Shown: in pieces, positions 9,791-22,363 of the stretch
Layout: every line of letters begins with the position of its first letter
Position numbering within the stretch: the first letter of the stretch is position 1
Assembly: GCF_023055435.1 (NCBI RefSeq)
Contig: NW_025964212.1
Coordinates: forward strand, 1,922,001-1,986,000
Direction: 5' to 3'
From: Haliotis rufescens
Taxonomy: Eukaryota
DNA length: 64,000 nt
Translations under genes and position numbers: made by a program
The notes under the pieces: model-generated
The model's input: only the letters and a program-made list of their open reading frames with translations
Databases searched by the model: none
Told to the model about the DNA's origin: nothing

Positions 9791-12700
9791 TTAGTCTGAT
9801 GTTTGTTCATTGTCATCCTCCTTCTCAGCAACAACATTGTAAGGGTTCTCTTCGACAGGTTTAGGAGTCGTGTTCTCGTAGATGTTGTCAACCAATGACT
9901 TGTCTTCCGTGTTGCCGTTCAGGTGGTCGTAGGCGACGTCACGCTTGTCCTCATCAGTGTCCCGTGAAGCCGACTCCGTGGTGTCGTACGCCGAGTTGTC
10001 CGTGCCGATTTTGACCATACCGACCAAACATTTGTCATAACCATCACCCTTGTCCTGGTCAACTATCACGTGGCGAAGGTGATCATAGACGCCGACAGCA
10101 GACACGGATGGTGGCTCGTCGGCGAACTTGATGCGGTCGTATATGGGTTCGTCGGTTGATTTAGGTGGAGGGCGGACCTGGAGGGTCACAGACTTCTCAG
10201 AGGTTGTGTCAGGCTGTTGGATTGTCACGTTAAGTGTTTCACTGCAACCGCTCTGGGCGCGGAGCCTCCGCTCGACAGCTTCCTTGGAACAAGAGGCGTT
10301 CAAGGGAATTGTCTGAAGGTATTTTGTGACATTCGCCCTGGAATATAAGGGGTTAAATATATAAATCAGGAGTCACTGATATATACTACTAAATCTATGG
10401 TTAAGGACCACTCGATTATTTTAAATTACCATACTAGTTAATGTGTCATGGCATGGCAGATTAAGTACACTCAGTTATATGAGTGAGTGAGTGAGTTGGA
10501 TTTAACGCCACTTTTAACAGTATTCCAGTTATATCGCGGCGTGTCAGTGAGGAAAGTGATGCAGGTCTCAGACGTTTACCACTTCGGTGAAACCCACGAG
10601 CACGGGTATGGTGCTGACAAACCTAGAAACATAATCGGGGCGAACCGGGATTCGAACCCACAATCATAGGTTTCTGGCGTGCCCAAGGGACGCAACTCTG
10701 CACAGCGAATCGCGGCGCCTTAGACGACTGGGCCACCCGTGCCCCCAAGTAATATGAAAAACTCGAGCGTTCCCTAACTGTTTTAGCAGCATTCCACAAA
10801 CAACTTTGGCTTGGTGAAAACACAATTCATTTATTTGCTGAGGTTACATCTCATCCGAAGACTTGTCACAAATAATACGTGCATCCTGATTGTTCCAGAA
10901 AGGCAATTTCTTTGAAAGGCATTTAAAATTTTGAAGTTGGGGTACAAAGGATAAGAATTTATGGATGAACAACTTCTTTATTACAAGTAAGAGCGACGTT
11001 TCGGTGTAGGTTCTAACACCGTTATCCAGCAAGTGCTTGCTTGATAACGGTGTTAGAACCTACCCCGAGTTACGCCATTGCTCAGCTAGTGTTGATGTGA
11101 CTCGGTTCCTAACAGCAAAGCTTGCATTCGTCACCACTCGCTCCTTTCCGTAACCTGAAAGAAGACTCGTAACCCTATCGATAAATGTTATGTGCGAAAA
11201 TACGACAAACCAATCAGAATGCGCGTATGATTTCAAGATCTTCGTCAAAGAATCCCTGAGAAATAATTTTTGAATTTACATATGGCTTGCATCTAAAAAT
11301 ATACCCAAGACACAGTTAAATATGTTCAAGCATACTGTATAATTCCGCATGTCCCGATGTGCTTTAAATTGCATCTGAAATATACATAATATACGGGGAA
11401 ATATATATGAACCCTTACGCAAAGATTTGACAATTGTTTTAGGTATGCCCGTTTACGCTAAGACGGAACCCGGTCACAAAAATGGCCACGAGAGGGGCAC
11501 GAGTCGCTGTTCGGCTTGTCCCGGAATAACACGAGTTGGTCACGAATGCTTGAGCTTGGTGATGGGTGAAAGGTTGTTATCGGCCTGTGTGCAAAACCCC
11601 TGTCCGATATCATCTCGGGTACCGTCAGTCTTTCTGAACTATTTTTTTACTTAATTACACAAAAGTATAAGAAAGTGAGTTGTATTCAGAAAGAGTAAAT
11701 CAACAATACAAACTTGAACACCAATATGTAATTTGATGACATACTGCCCCATGGTGATTTAAAATGGCCAAATGACTTGTACAAACAGTATTACGTTTAA
11801 AGTGTTAACGCTCCATACAGACGTAACAGCGCTACTAGTGAGTGAGTGAGTATGGTTTTACGCCGCTTTTAGCAATATTCCAGCAATATCACGGCGGGCG
11901 GGCGGGCGGGGGGGAGACACCGGAAATGGGTTTCACACATTGTACCCATGTCGGGAATCGAACCCGGGTCTTCGGCGTGACGAGCGAACGCTTTAACCAC
12001 TAGGCTACCCGACCGCCCCAACAGCGCTACCAGCTCGGGTAGGTGTTGACAGACTGGATGGTTGTAGATGGAAATTATGTTGAAAACTTACCGCCTCTTC
12101 CAAATTATGACACCAGCCAAAACTGCAGCTAGGACCAACAGCACACCCACGCCCCCTATCACCGCCGTCACAGAGGCATTATCTGAAACGTCACAAAATG
12201 GATCAGTGGGTGAATTATGTTTTACGCCGCATGCAGCAATCTGCAAGTTAGTGGTTGATAGCATGAGCAACGATCACGCAGTCGGGACATGTGAGTTCGA
12301 TCCCACACTTTAACCACCTGATCCACAGATTCTGACAAGGGCGTTGTATCAGGGATCATTTTCCCCCTGATTCATTAGGTCGCCATGAGGTAGAACTACT
12401 CACTGAAAATTTAAGTAAAGTCACGCACAGCATGTTGATAAAGCACGTAATAGTTTACGGCTGAATATCAATTTATTTTGACATACTTCGATCAAAAACA
12501 ACCACACCCGTGAACATCCGGGGTAGAATAGGTCTTCAGCAACCCATGCTTGCCGTAAGAGGCGACTATGCTTGTCGTGAGAGGCGCCCGGGATCGGGTG
12601 GTCAGGCTCGCTGACTGGGTTGATGCATGTCATCCTACCCCAATTGCGTAGATCGTTAATGATGGTATCAATCACTGGATGGTCATGATCAGGTCCAGAC

Positions 12701-15700
12701 TCGATTACTAGTATTTATGTACCGCCGCCATATAGCTTGAATATTGCTTAGTGCGGCGTTAAACAGCAAACAAAAAAACAAAAAACCAGTCATGATCTAT
12801 CAACTGACATCGTTCAGTGACGAAACACCCCAAAAACCGTGTTAGTTATGTATTTTCACTGTTAGTGGATATTTTAATTATCTTTTGGTAATTTGGTATG
12901 ACTTTCTTCACAACTAGCTAAATTTGATATATATACCATGACAAATATACCAAATGCCCAATCATGTTAATTGTGTTATTAAATTACTGGTTATAGCAAA
13001 AATGAATTAGGAAATTATCTCAAAATTCATCAAGTACATATTCAATGGTATGAGTAAAGCCAAGTGTGTGTTTTTTTATGAACCTCCATCCGCGTGTATG
13101 TGGTGTACTCAAACATTTACAGTAGGAGTTAAAGATATGTTCATATATTTACCTGTAGTGTTGATAACCTTTCTATCACCAGAGGGCCAATCATCTCCCC
13201 ACCATGCTTTGAAAAAAAACAAATTTTAACTTTTTTAATTGTAACTGTAATAATAATTATTAATTAACAAAATTGTTTATTTATACTCTATATGTCAATG
13301 ATAGGAATGACAGTGTCTTACAAATGAATCAATCATTGATATCATTAGAGTAAGAATGTATCAACAGTATTGTTTTATGGTTAACAGTATGGTGTATAAT
13401 ACATGTGCTATACATACCATTTTCTAGAGATCCACAACGAAGTTCAAGTTCCGTGTCCTCTGAAAAAGATTATTATTAATATGTATTAATATGCGCCAAA
13501 TGTGTGCTGTTTCTAACATACATAAGATAGATATAACACAATTGACCCATTTGTATAACATTGTAAATACAACACTATAACGAATGTCGCTCTTGTACAA
13601 TAAATCAATTGGCGTTACTTTAATGTATAATAAATGTATAATAAGACATATGCATGTAAGCGACTAGCTACGCTGCTTTGGATCATCGATACTTGATACG
13701 GTACGAGTTCAATATTTAAAGGTCACAAAGTTATAAAGATGAAAAGCTGTAAACTTTTACACACCAGCTTCTACATGAATCCACACATATCCAGGAAGAT
13801 TTTCTGGAACTATGTTCAGAAGTAGGTCAATAGGGGTCAAGGACATTCCTATATTTGTTACCGAGGAGAGGAATGTTCGTCTTCCATACGGACCACAGGT
13901 GATATTGGTGACGTGACCTCCACTCTGCCGTATGAGGACACTTGAGCATATCCCTCCAATTTTGTCGAAGCGAACATCGAGAGCGTTGATGGTGACGTTG
14001 ACGGGGGTGGATGACGTTACTGGTTCCACTCTACATGAGAACTGTTTAACTTTGTCAGAGCTACGTATGTAGAGGTCAGGGTCAAAGGCAAGAAACACAG
14101 ACTTTCCTCGGGTTGAGCCAACAGTGTCAAAATCAACCATTTCCGTTTCTGTGTGGAAAGAAATTGTGGTCAAGAAATCATCATAATCATTTTGAAAGTG
14201 TCAACGATTTTACCTGTACTCTATTATAAAAAAATATGAACACAATGTACTTAATTAATAACAATAACGTTTAAACTCGAAAATTCGCAAAAAATGGGTT
14301 ACAATTTATATTATGTTATACTACTCAAAATAAGTTAAAGAACACCCGATTTTCTCATATGACAATAGTTTAACTGTCATATGAAAACATCGGGTGTTCT
14401 TCAACATCTTTTGAGTAGTATAAATCACAGAAACCCCGTAAGGTGGACGTTAACGCTCCCACTGAACGAAGCATTGTTAATACACCTTGTATAGGTGGGA
14501 AAAGTCGTCCGGAAAGCGGAGAGTCTGGAATATCGGGGTGTGGACTAAAAGAGGATTCACTTCAGCATGTGAGTCTTCATTAATAAGAATATTCCGTTGG
14601 CACATTTGTTAAATAAAGCTCAAGTCATGATTGTGACCCGATTGACATTTGAAATAAACTGAATAAATTTTTGTTCAAATATATAACCAAAGAGCTTTCA
14701 AGAAAGCCGTTTCAAAAAGGATATTCCAAAACAAAACTTATATCCCGTCTTGCTAAATTGACATGATGTCATTGTCACGTTACTGTTAAATACTAATATT
14801 TTAAACATCAGTATCAAAACTACATGAAAAAGCGTGAGTGAGTTAGGTTAAGGGCTCTTTTTCTACCATTTCAAATATTTCACGGCGTTGCATGAATAAA
14901 ATGGGGGGGGGGGGGGGGGGGGGGGACAAAATATGCTGAATGGTTAAACGTACACTTTTGACATTACCCGTCAACATGGTAATTACAGATAGTCTTCGAA
15001 CGCTAATTTAAAGCGTTGGTTAATTTCCAACCAAGGCCTACATTTTACGTTGACTATTTTCTCCACACCACACCACACTATTCACGAAAGTTACAACTCA
15101 AGGATATCACTGTGACGTATCAAGGTCACGTGTTCCTTTAGGTCTCCCAACCTTAGGGTATCGATCGATGGCTTCCTCGAAGCCGCGCCCTAGTAACATA
15201 CGGCCTTCGTGGTCTAGTGAAACAGAACGTCTTCCCGGTGAGTGGAATATCAGTGGTTCGATGCCCGGCCGCTTCATACCGTAAGACGTTAAAAGTTGGC
15301 ACTTGTTGTTACCTTGCCTGACGCTCGGTATTAAGGAAATAAAACTCGGACTTGTCGGCTCGTTGTCAGTATACTGTGTCAGAGTGTATTCATGTTAAAA
15401 CAGTGGCATGGTATATCGGGGGCAGGGATGTGTAGAAACGGCTTCATAATTAGTCGAGACAAGAACAAGGACACACACACACTCCAGCGCACGCATGCAC
15501 GCACGTACAATAAAATCCCGCCTCTACACCTGTTGACATACCTGATGACCTGATGACCTGCTTGCCGTAAAAGGCGACTATTCTTGTCGTAATAGGCGAC
15601 TAACGGGATCGGGTGGTCAGGCTCGCTGACTTGGTTGATGCAATCATCGTATCCCAATTGCGTGGATCGATGCTCATGATGTTAATCACTGGATTGTCTG

Positions 15701-17575
15701 GTCCAGACTCGATTATTTACAGACCGCCGTCATACAGCTGTAATAGTGCTGTGTGCGGCACTTAACAACAAACAAACACAGAAAAAACAGTCATGATCTA
15801 TCATACCCAAACCAAACATACCTGATATGCAGCTGAACCTGATCGACGAGAAGGATGACAGTGTACGCGTCGATAACGTGCACGCCTCCTGGACTCTGTC
15901 TGTGTAATAGGAACAGTTGTATTTGCCAGAACAGCGTTCATACAGGGACCTCATGTATATGTTCTTGAAGGGAAAGGTGCAGTCATACACGTCATCTTCT
16001 TTGCAGCAGAACTTGGTGTTGAACTTGCAGGTGTTGACGGCAATGCTTGGACAGAGAGACTCCTTCCTCTTGAAACCGTGGACAGCCGATATGATGGCCA
16101 GTCGGTCAGTCGTTCCACAGGTCAGTTCATGACGAGAACAGGGTCCCTGGCCGTAGCAGGCGTTAGACATGCCAAAATGAAAACCTGGTTTACATTAAGA
16201 CATGGGTTAGTAAATGTTGGTTCACATTATGAGTGAGTGAGTATGGTTTTAAGCCGCTTTTAGCAATATTCCAGTAATATCCTGGCGGGCGACATCAGAA
16301 ATGGGCTTCACACATCGTGGTGAATCGAGTCCGGGATTTCGGCGTGACGAAAGAACACATGCACTACTAGGCTACCCCAGGCTACGTCATTGATAAAATT
16401 ATTGCAACCATGCTACAACATCCTGTAAAGCGGTCAAATCTGGCCCAGACAAATTTGACCTAAGGAGGAAGTGGACATGTTTTCGGGGCACCATGATATA
16501 CAATCTGCCAAGTCACACACTGTAACCTCCCTATCCTCACCATCAGGCACTCGCGACAAGCAATGGGCATTCTGACCGAGTAAGACATGAGTTGGCGACG
16601 GCTGTATTATGACAGTAGTCGACGTACACCTTTAAAGGGGAAGTGTACACGCAAAAATCACTTTCTTTCTTTTTCTAAACAAAACGCAATTTTAGAATTA
16701 GTTAGTATCTGTGTTTGAAAATATACACTCATTTTTTTCACAGTGAAAGTAGGGAGCTCACAATCGTGTGAAAATGATATGGCGTTATGAGGCCTTCGTT
16801 TTTTCAAGCTAAACAGGCCTGAGTTATCTCCCTTAGATTATGACGTAATTGGTGCCATTTCAACTGGGTCCCTGTCTATTCTCAACGCAAAAGATATCAA
16901 GTACCAGTTTGCGGTAAAACAACATGGCCTACGACACACTCCGGCGCAGTGGTGACTCAGCATAACACTATGCTGGCTGGCATCTGAGACGCAAGAATCA
17001 CACGCCTGTACCTACACCACGTGAAGCGGCTCTAACAAAGCATGATGACGTCATAATGTTTATCAATTGGCACCAATGACGTCATATTGAAAGGGGCATA
17101 AGCCATGGTGTTTTTGTTATAGAAATAGAACACTTGATAAATGTGAAAAATATAAATAGTTTTAATGCGAAAAATATGTTAATTAATTGTGATATTTTTA
17201 TATTTTTGTCTATGACATTTCTAGGTTAACATTTTTAATGTGGAAAAAGTACAAGAAAAATAGGTTCATTTCCGTGTGAACTTGCCCTTTGAGGCCTTTG
17301 ACAATGTCGAATCTGGTCCACACAAGCCAATTGCTGACAGCAGGAGAAAGTGGTCATGTTGTTGGGGTTGTGAGCTCGATATTGTCAGCAGCACGGCTCC
17401 AATGAATACTACTACAACTACTACTGCTACTACTACAACTACTACTTCTACTACTACTACTGCTGCTGCTACTACTACCACTGCTACTATTACTACTACT
17501 ATTACTGCTACCACTTTCACTACCACGTCGTCTTGTACTCATACAAATACTGTTATTACTACTGCTACTTATACA

Positions 17576-17608
<33 letters not shown>

Positions 17609-17637
17609 GCCACTACCGTTACTACTTCTCCTCCTCT

Positions 17638-17673
<36 letters not shown>

Positions 17674-18038
17674 AGTACTACTACTACTGCTACTACTACT
17701 ACTTCTGCTTCCACCACTACAATTTTAACTACTACTACTAGAAACAACTACTACTATTACTAGAGTACTAGTAGTTCCACTACAACTGCTACTCCTACAA
17801 CTACTATTACTACGAATTACTAACTACTACAACTGCAACTACAACTATCACAGCTACTACTGCTTCTACTACTACCACTTCAACTACTGCTTCTACTATT
17901 GCTACCACTACTATATCTACGACTACCACTTCTACTATTACTACTGTTTCTACTACTGCTGCTACTACAACTGTACCTCATACTACTGCTACTACTACTT
18001 CTACTTCTTATAATACTTTATTACAGTTATTAACCCTG

Positions 18039-18087
<49 letters not shown>

Positions 18088-21000
18088 GTTGTAATACCAA
18101 CTTTGACATCACATTTTCTTTAATAATAACAACTTAAACCTATTCCTGGTGCCACTGTTGGAACAAAGGACTGCTAACGTGTATTGGATATATATCTAGA
18201 TGGGCTGAAGGCCTCGAGCTTCTGTAACGCATTCAATGATCATCCACGTTCGAGGTGACTTCCTGCGGTTATATGAGAACGAGTTATTTCCTGGCCGGAT
18301 GCCCCCGGGTCGCCTCACACCGTGCTGCACAGACCCATGTGACACTGGCGGTGCACAGCGTGTGACTGTGATTATGACGCCTGACCCACATGTGACAGGT
18401 CTGACTACACACTGTACGCATTCTGAGGACTGTGTGTTTGTTTGGTGTTTAACGCTGCACTCAGCAACATCCCAGCGATCTGTAATTAATCGAGTCTGGA
18501 CCAGACAATCAAGTGATTGACATCATGAGCACCGCATGTGATCGATTAAATGCATCAACCAGGGCAGCGAGCCTAAACACCTGATCCCTTCAGTCGCCTC
18601 TAAGACAAGCATGGGTTGCTTACCAAATCTGACCCGGATCTTCACATGTCTTCTGTATTTGTATTTCAGTTCTCAGAAGACCCGTGAAGATCCGGGGTAG
18701 AATTAGTCTTCAGCAACCCATGCTTGCCGTACAAGGCGAGTATGCTTGTCGTAAGGGGCGACTAACGGGATCGGGTGGTCAGGCTCGCTGACTTGGTTGA
18801 AGCATGTCATCGTATCCCAATTGCGTGGATCGATGCTCATGATGTCATATACTGGACTGTCTGATCTTTCAGACCGCCGTCATATAGCTCGTCATATATG
18901 CTTAGTGCGTCGTTAAACAACAAACAAACAAAAAATAATGGTGTCAGTCAGTGCCGTGTCTGGTTCAGACATTTATTAATAGCTAGCCGTCATATAGCTG
19001 AAATATTGAGTGCGGCTTTAAACAAGAAACAAACTGATAGTTATGTGAGATTGTCAGGCCAAACATGTTAAAACCGGACAATGTTGTGCATTAAAATGTG
19101 AAGAAACAACTACCAGATAGCTAACTGTTCAAAATCGTTAAAGCAGTGTGGCACATACAAAAACATACACTTTGTTGGTTATGAGATTCACATGAAATAT
19201 CCCATGTATGGGCTGGTTCTTTGTTCAGATTAGACCTAGTTTTATATTAGACGACAATAATTAACAATGATGACCATTCCCCAACACTGAATCTTTGTCA
19301 ATTACCAAGATTGTCAGAAGGGATGCAAGCGTGACAATTCGAAAGCAAAGTCCGCATATTTCTCATGTTTTCCCGAATCTTGTCAATGACATTTGTGCCA
19401 AAAGGGACTGAAATTCAGTGATAAAACTGATTTCACTGGATTTATCAAAAAGGACAAGATCAATCTGTTGGCCTGAATAGGTCTGAGACTGTATACGGGC
19501 CTATTCCAAATACGTTTATATTTACTATTTTCCATGACGCCTTCTACATATTCTGGGTCGTACAATGGATGGACATTTGTGTCAAAACCACAAGCATGGC
19601 GAAGACATAAAAAAAAGGATCGAGACACTCCATCATGTCGCTCAGGCTGTGTTTGTGCCAAAGCTGGGCATCCACTGACAATGTGTTGGACAGTCTCATT
19701 AAATTCATTGCATAATCTATTTCATATTGGCATTTTGATGCAAAATCACACATTGACGGTTTCGAGCGGGAAGTGACTGGTCCGGAGCTGCAAACATGAG
19801 CAATTTTTGTTTCACTTTTCAGGCCAGCCGACTTCATCCATGCGAAGGCCTCTGCATGATTGCTCTGTTTCTCAACACACAGCAAATAAACTCGATGCAG
19901 TGGTTGTTCAGTGCGCCTCTCCTTGAAAAACTGAGTATTGGACCGATTTGATATCGCACTTCACTTGGTTGACGCTCATTTCTGTAACGTCCAGCAGTAC
20001 AGAACCATCAACAAAATCTTCATTGACATTGAGGTTATGTCCCACATCCTTGGCTCGTTTAAGTAAACTGAGGAATGCCTTGTTTTCACCATGATTCATG
20101 AGTCATGACATGCTTCACGAGAGAATTCTCAGACCAATAAATGTGTGCAAAGCTGCACGATACAATTCTATGATAAAGAGCTTCCACGTTAATCGAAGCA
20201 CGCTCTCCCGTTATAATTGATGAAATAAGCGAGGGTGGTATATTTGATTTTCACTGTAGACATGTTCAGATATGTACTTGACTGTATACTGTAGACATGT
20301 TCTGATATGTACTTGATTTACAATGTAGACATGTTTGGATATGTACTTGACTGTACAATGTAGACATGGTCTGATATGTACTTGACTGTACAATGTAGAC
20401 ATGTTCAGATATGTACTTGACTTACAATGTAGACATGTTCAGATATATACTTGACTGTACACTGTAGACATGTTCAGATATGTACTTGACTGTACACTGT
20501 AGACATGTTCAGATATATACTTGACTAGCAATGTCGACATGTTCAGATATGTACTTGACTTACAATGTAGACATGTTCAGATATGTACTTGACTTACACT
20601 GTAGACATGTTCAGATATGTACTTGACTGTACACTGTAGACATGTTCAGATATGTACTTGACTAACAATGTCGACATGTTCAGATATGTACTTGACTTAC
20701 AATGTAGACATGTTCAGATATGTACTTGACTTACACTGTAGACATGTTCAGATATGTACTTGACTGTACACTGTAGACATGTTCAGATATGTACTTGACT
20801 GTACACTGTAGACATGTTCATATATGCATTTGACTTACAATGTAGACATGTTCAGATATATACTTGACTTACAATGTAGACATGTTCAGATATGTACTTG
20901 ACTGTACACTGTAGACATGTTCAGATATGTACTTGACTGTACAATGTAGACATGTTCAGATATGTACTTGACTGTACAATATAGACATGTTTAGACATGT

Positions 21001-21784
21001 ACTTGACTGTACACTGTAGACATGTTCAGATATGTACTTGACTTACAATGTAGACATGTTCAGATATGTACTTGACTGTACACTGTAGACATGTTCAGAT
21101 ATGACTTGACTTACAATGTAGACATGTTCAGATATACATTTTGCAAATAGGTTTAAGGTTTCTTAAGATATACATGCTAACCAGCTGCTCACTTTAATAT
21201 ACCAATTAACAACTGGAACGACAGACGCACATATTCGGAATGGAAAAGGATCTAACGAATGCTAGAATGATAGATAAGATAGATAGAAGGATTGGTAGAA
21301 GAAAGTATTGAAGGATATGCATGACATATCGACGATTGATAGACGGATACACATAAGGATTGGTAGAGGTCAATATAGAACGATGTATAATGGCATATAG
21401 AAGATTGACAGACTTGTAGAAGAAAATACAGAATGGTAGAACGACAGATAAGATAATAGACGGATAGAAATATGATTGGTAGAAGGAAATATGGAAGAGT
21501 ATTCTAATACAAAGGAGAGCTTGACGAATAGATGTGTGGATTGTAGAAGGATAAATCAACGGGTAGAATTACACATCGAAAGGTACTGACAGATCGAAGG
21601 AATGACATACAAGTGTGAGATCCATCGAGGCATACACACATGAGCTAACGTTGTCGTATCGCTACAAATTATTGATATTAATTTCGTGAGACACATTGAG
21701 TAAACGTATGAAACTTATTTAACAATGCTTACCTGAACTTTGCCAAAATACTGCAAAAAGTATCACAATAACACAAGTGTCCAT
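9791..21784 (-). CDS. Receptor B: type I membrane protein, signal peptide + divergent SUEL/Gal-lectin-like domain + CUB-like domain + TM + Tyr-motif cytoplasmic tail (~510 aa)
   Basis: Seven exons with GT-AG boundaries and matching phases: 21784-21733 (MDTCVIVILFAVFWQSS), 16184-15822 (12-Cys domain), 14148-13765, 13459-13418 (EDTELELRCGSLEN), 13206-13153 (AWWGDDWPSGDRKVINTT), 12182-12092 (TM VIGGVGVLLVLAAVLAGVIIW then KRR), 10337-9791 (cytoplasmic, stop). The sum is 1533 nt, open throughout. Confidence 0.8.
10481..10746 (-). mobile_element. SINE family B copy
   Basis: Reverse-complement match to 5144-5417. Confidence 0.8.
11837..12019 (-). mobile_element. SINE family A copy with TSD
   Basis: Flanked by direct repeat AACAGCGCTAC (11825-11835 and 12020-12030). 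Confidence 0.85.
14321..14419. mobile_element. Palindromic Tc1-like MITE
   Basis: CTACTCAAAATAAGTTAAAGAACACCCGAT...ATCGGGTGTTCTTCAACATCTTTTGAGTAG; related half-elements at ~1210-1320 and ~8415-8480. Confidence 0.6.
16636..17288. mobile_element. Non-autonomous DNA transposon (Kolobok-like, TTAA target)
   Basis: TTAA-AGGGGAAGTGTACACG ... CGTGTGAACTTGCCCT-TTGA imperfect TIRs; internal inverted TGACGT..ATTGGTGCCA motifs. Confidence 0.55.
17405..18087. repeat. Degenerate (TAC/ACT)n trinucleotide microsatellite
   Basis: Visible directly; lies in intron 1 of receptor B. Confidence 0.95.
18679..18931 (+). mobile_element. SINE-like family C copy, head-to-head with an inverted copy at ~18436-18650
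   Basis: Full-length match to the family C consensus. Confidence 0.8.
20251..21137. repeat. 34-35-bp minisatellite (CTTGACTGTACACTGTAGACATGTTCAGATATGTA)n, ~25 copies
   Basis: Visible directly. Confidence 0.95.
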
Positions 21785-21926
21785 TGTTATGAGTTGCGGT
21801 GGGTGTTTATGTTTTATGGACAGACCTCTGATCCCAAGCTGAAGACGGAAGCATGACCCTGGGGCTACTGTGGCATGCGTTCAACTTTCCTCCTAATTAG
21901 TCCCCGTGAGCACCAAGTGCTTGACT

Positions 21927-21999
21927 CTGAGTCAGTGCTGTATTTATAGAAATGACTTCGTCTGGGAGGACGAATGCACGTGAGGAATGACGTGACGTG
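21927..21999 (-). promoter_or_regulatory. Putative promoter of receptor B (TATA box plus AP-1, CRE-like and E-box motifs)
   Basis: Minus-strand TATAAATA at 21948-21941, about 160 nt upstream of the signal-peptide ATG. TGAGTCA near 21928, CACGTG near 21978 and TGACGT twice near 21988. Confidence 0.4.
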
Positions 22000-22080
22000 G
22001 TTTGTTTTGTTTTTTTACGAATAAATAAACATTAAAGAAAACAACAATATGATATTTGAAAATCCCATTTAAGAAATAAT

Positions 22081-22363
22081 GAGTGAGTGAGTGAGTGAGT
22101 GAGTGAGTTGGGTTTAACGCCGCTTTTAACAGTATTCCAGTTATATCACGGCGTTTCAGCTTAATGTGGGAGGAAAGCCCCAAGCGATGCAGGTCTCAGG
22201 CGTTTACCAATTCGGTGAAACCCACGAGCACGGATATGGTGCTGACAAACCTAGAAACATAATCTGGATTCGAACCCACAATCATAGGTTTCTGGCGAGC
22301 CCAAGGGACGCAACTCTACACATCGAATCGCGGCGCCTTAGACGACTGGGCCACCCGTGCCCA
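22081..22363 (-). mobile_element. SINE family B copy with TSD
   Basis: TSD CCATTTAAGAAATAAT (22065-22080 and 22364-22379). Partial copies also at ~23197-23430, ~27000-27176 and ~37690-37790. Confidence 0.85.

Noticed and set aside
11060-11156. Candidate exon between the TM and last exon of receptor B
   Set aside because: It has a stop in the required phase-2 frame; 12092 splices in frame directly to 10337.
14903-14925. Poly-G run (and poly-C at ~40107-40133) as possible G-quadruplex elements
   Set aside because: Simple homopolymers of unreliable length with no supporting context.
17276-17763. Poly-Thr / poly-Tyr ORFs resembling mucin
   Set aside because: Translation of a (TAC)n microsatellite, antisense within a receptor intron, with no splice context.
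20251-21137. Regular ~35-bp repeats superficially like a CRISPR array
   Set aside because: Head-to-tail repeats with no unique spacers, eukaryotic context and no cas genes.
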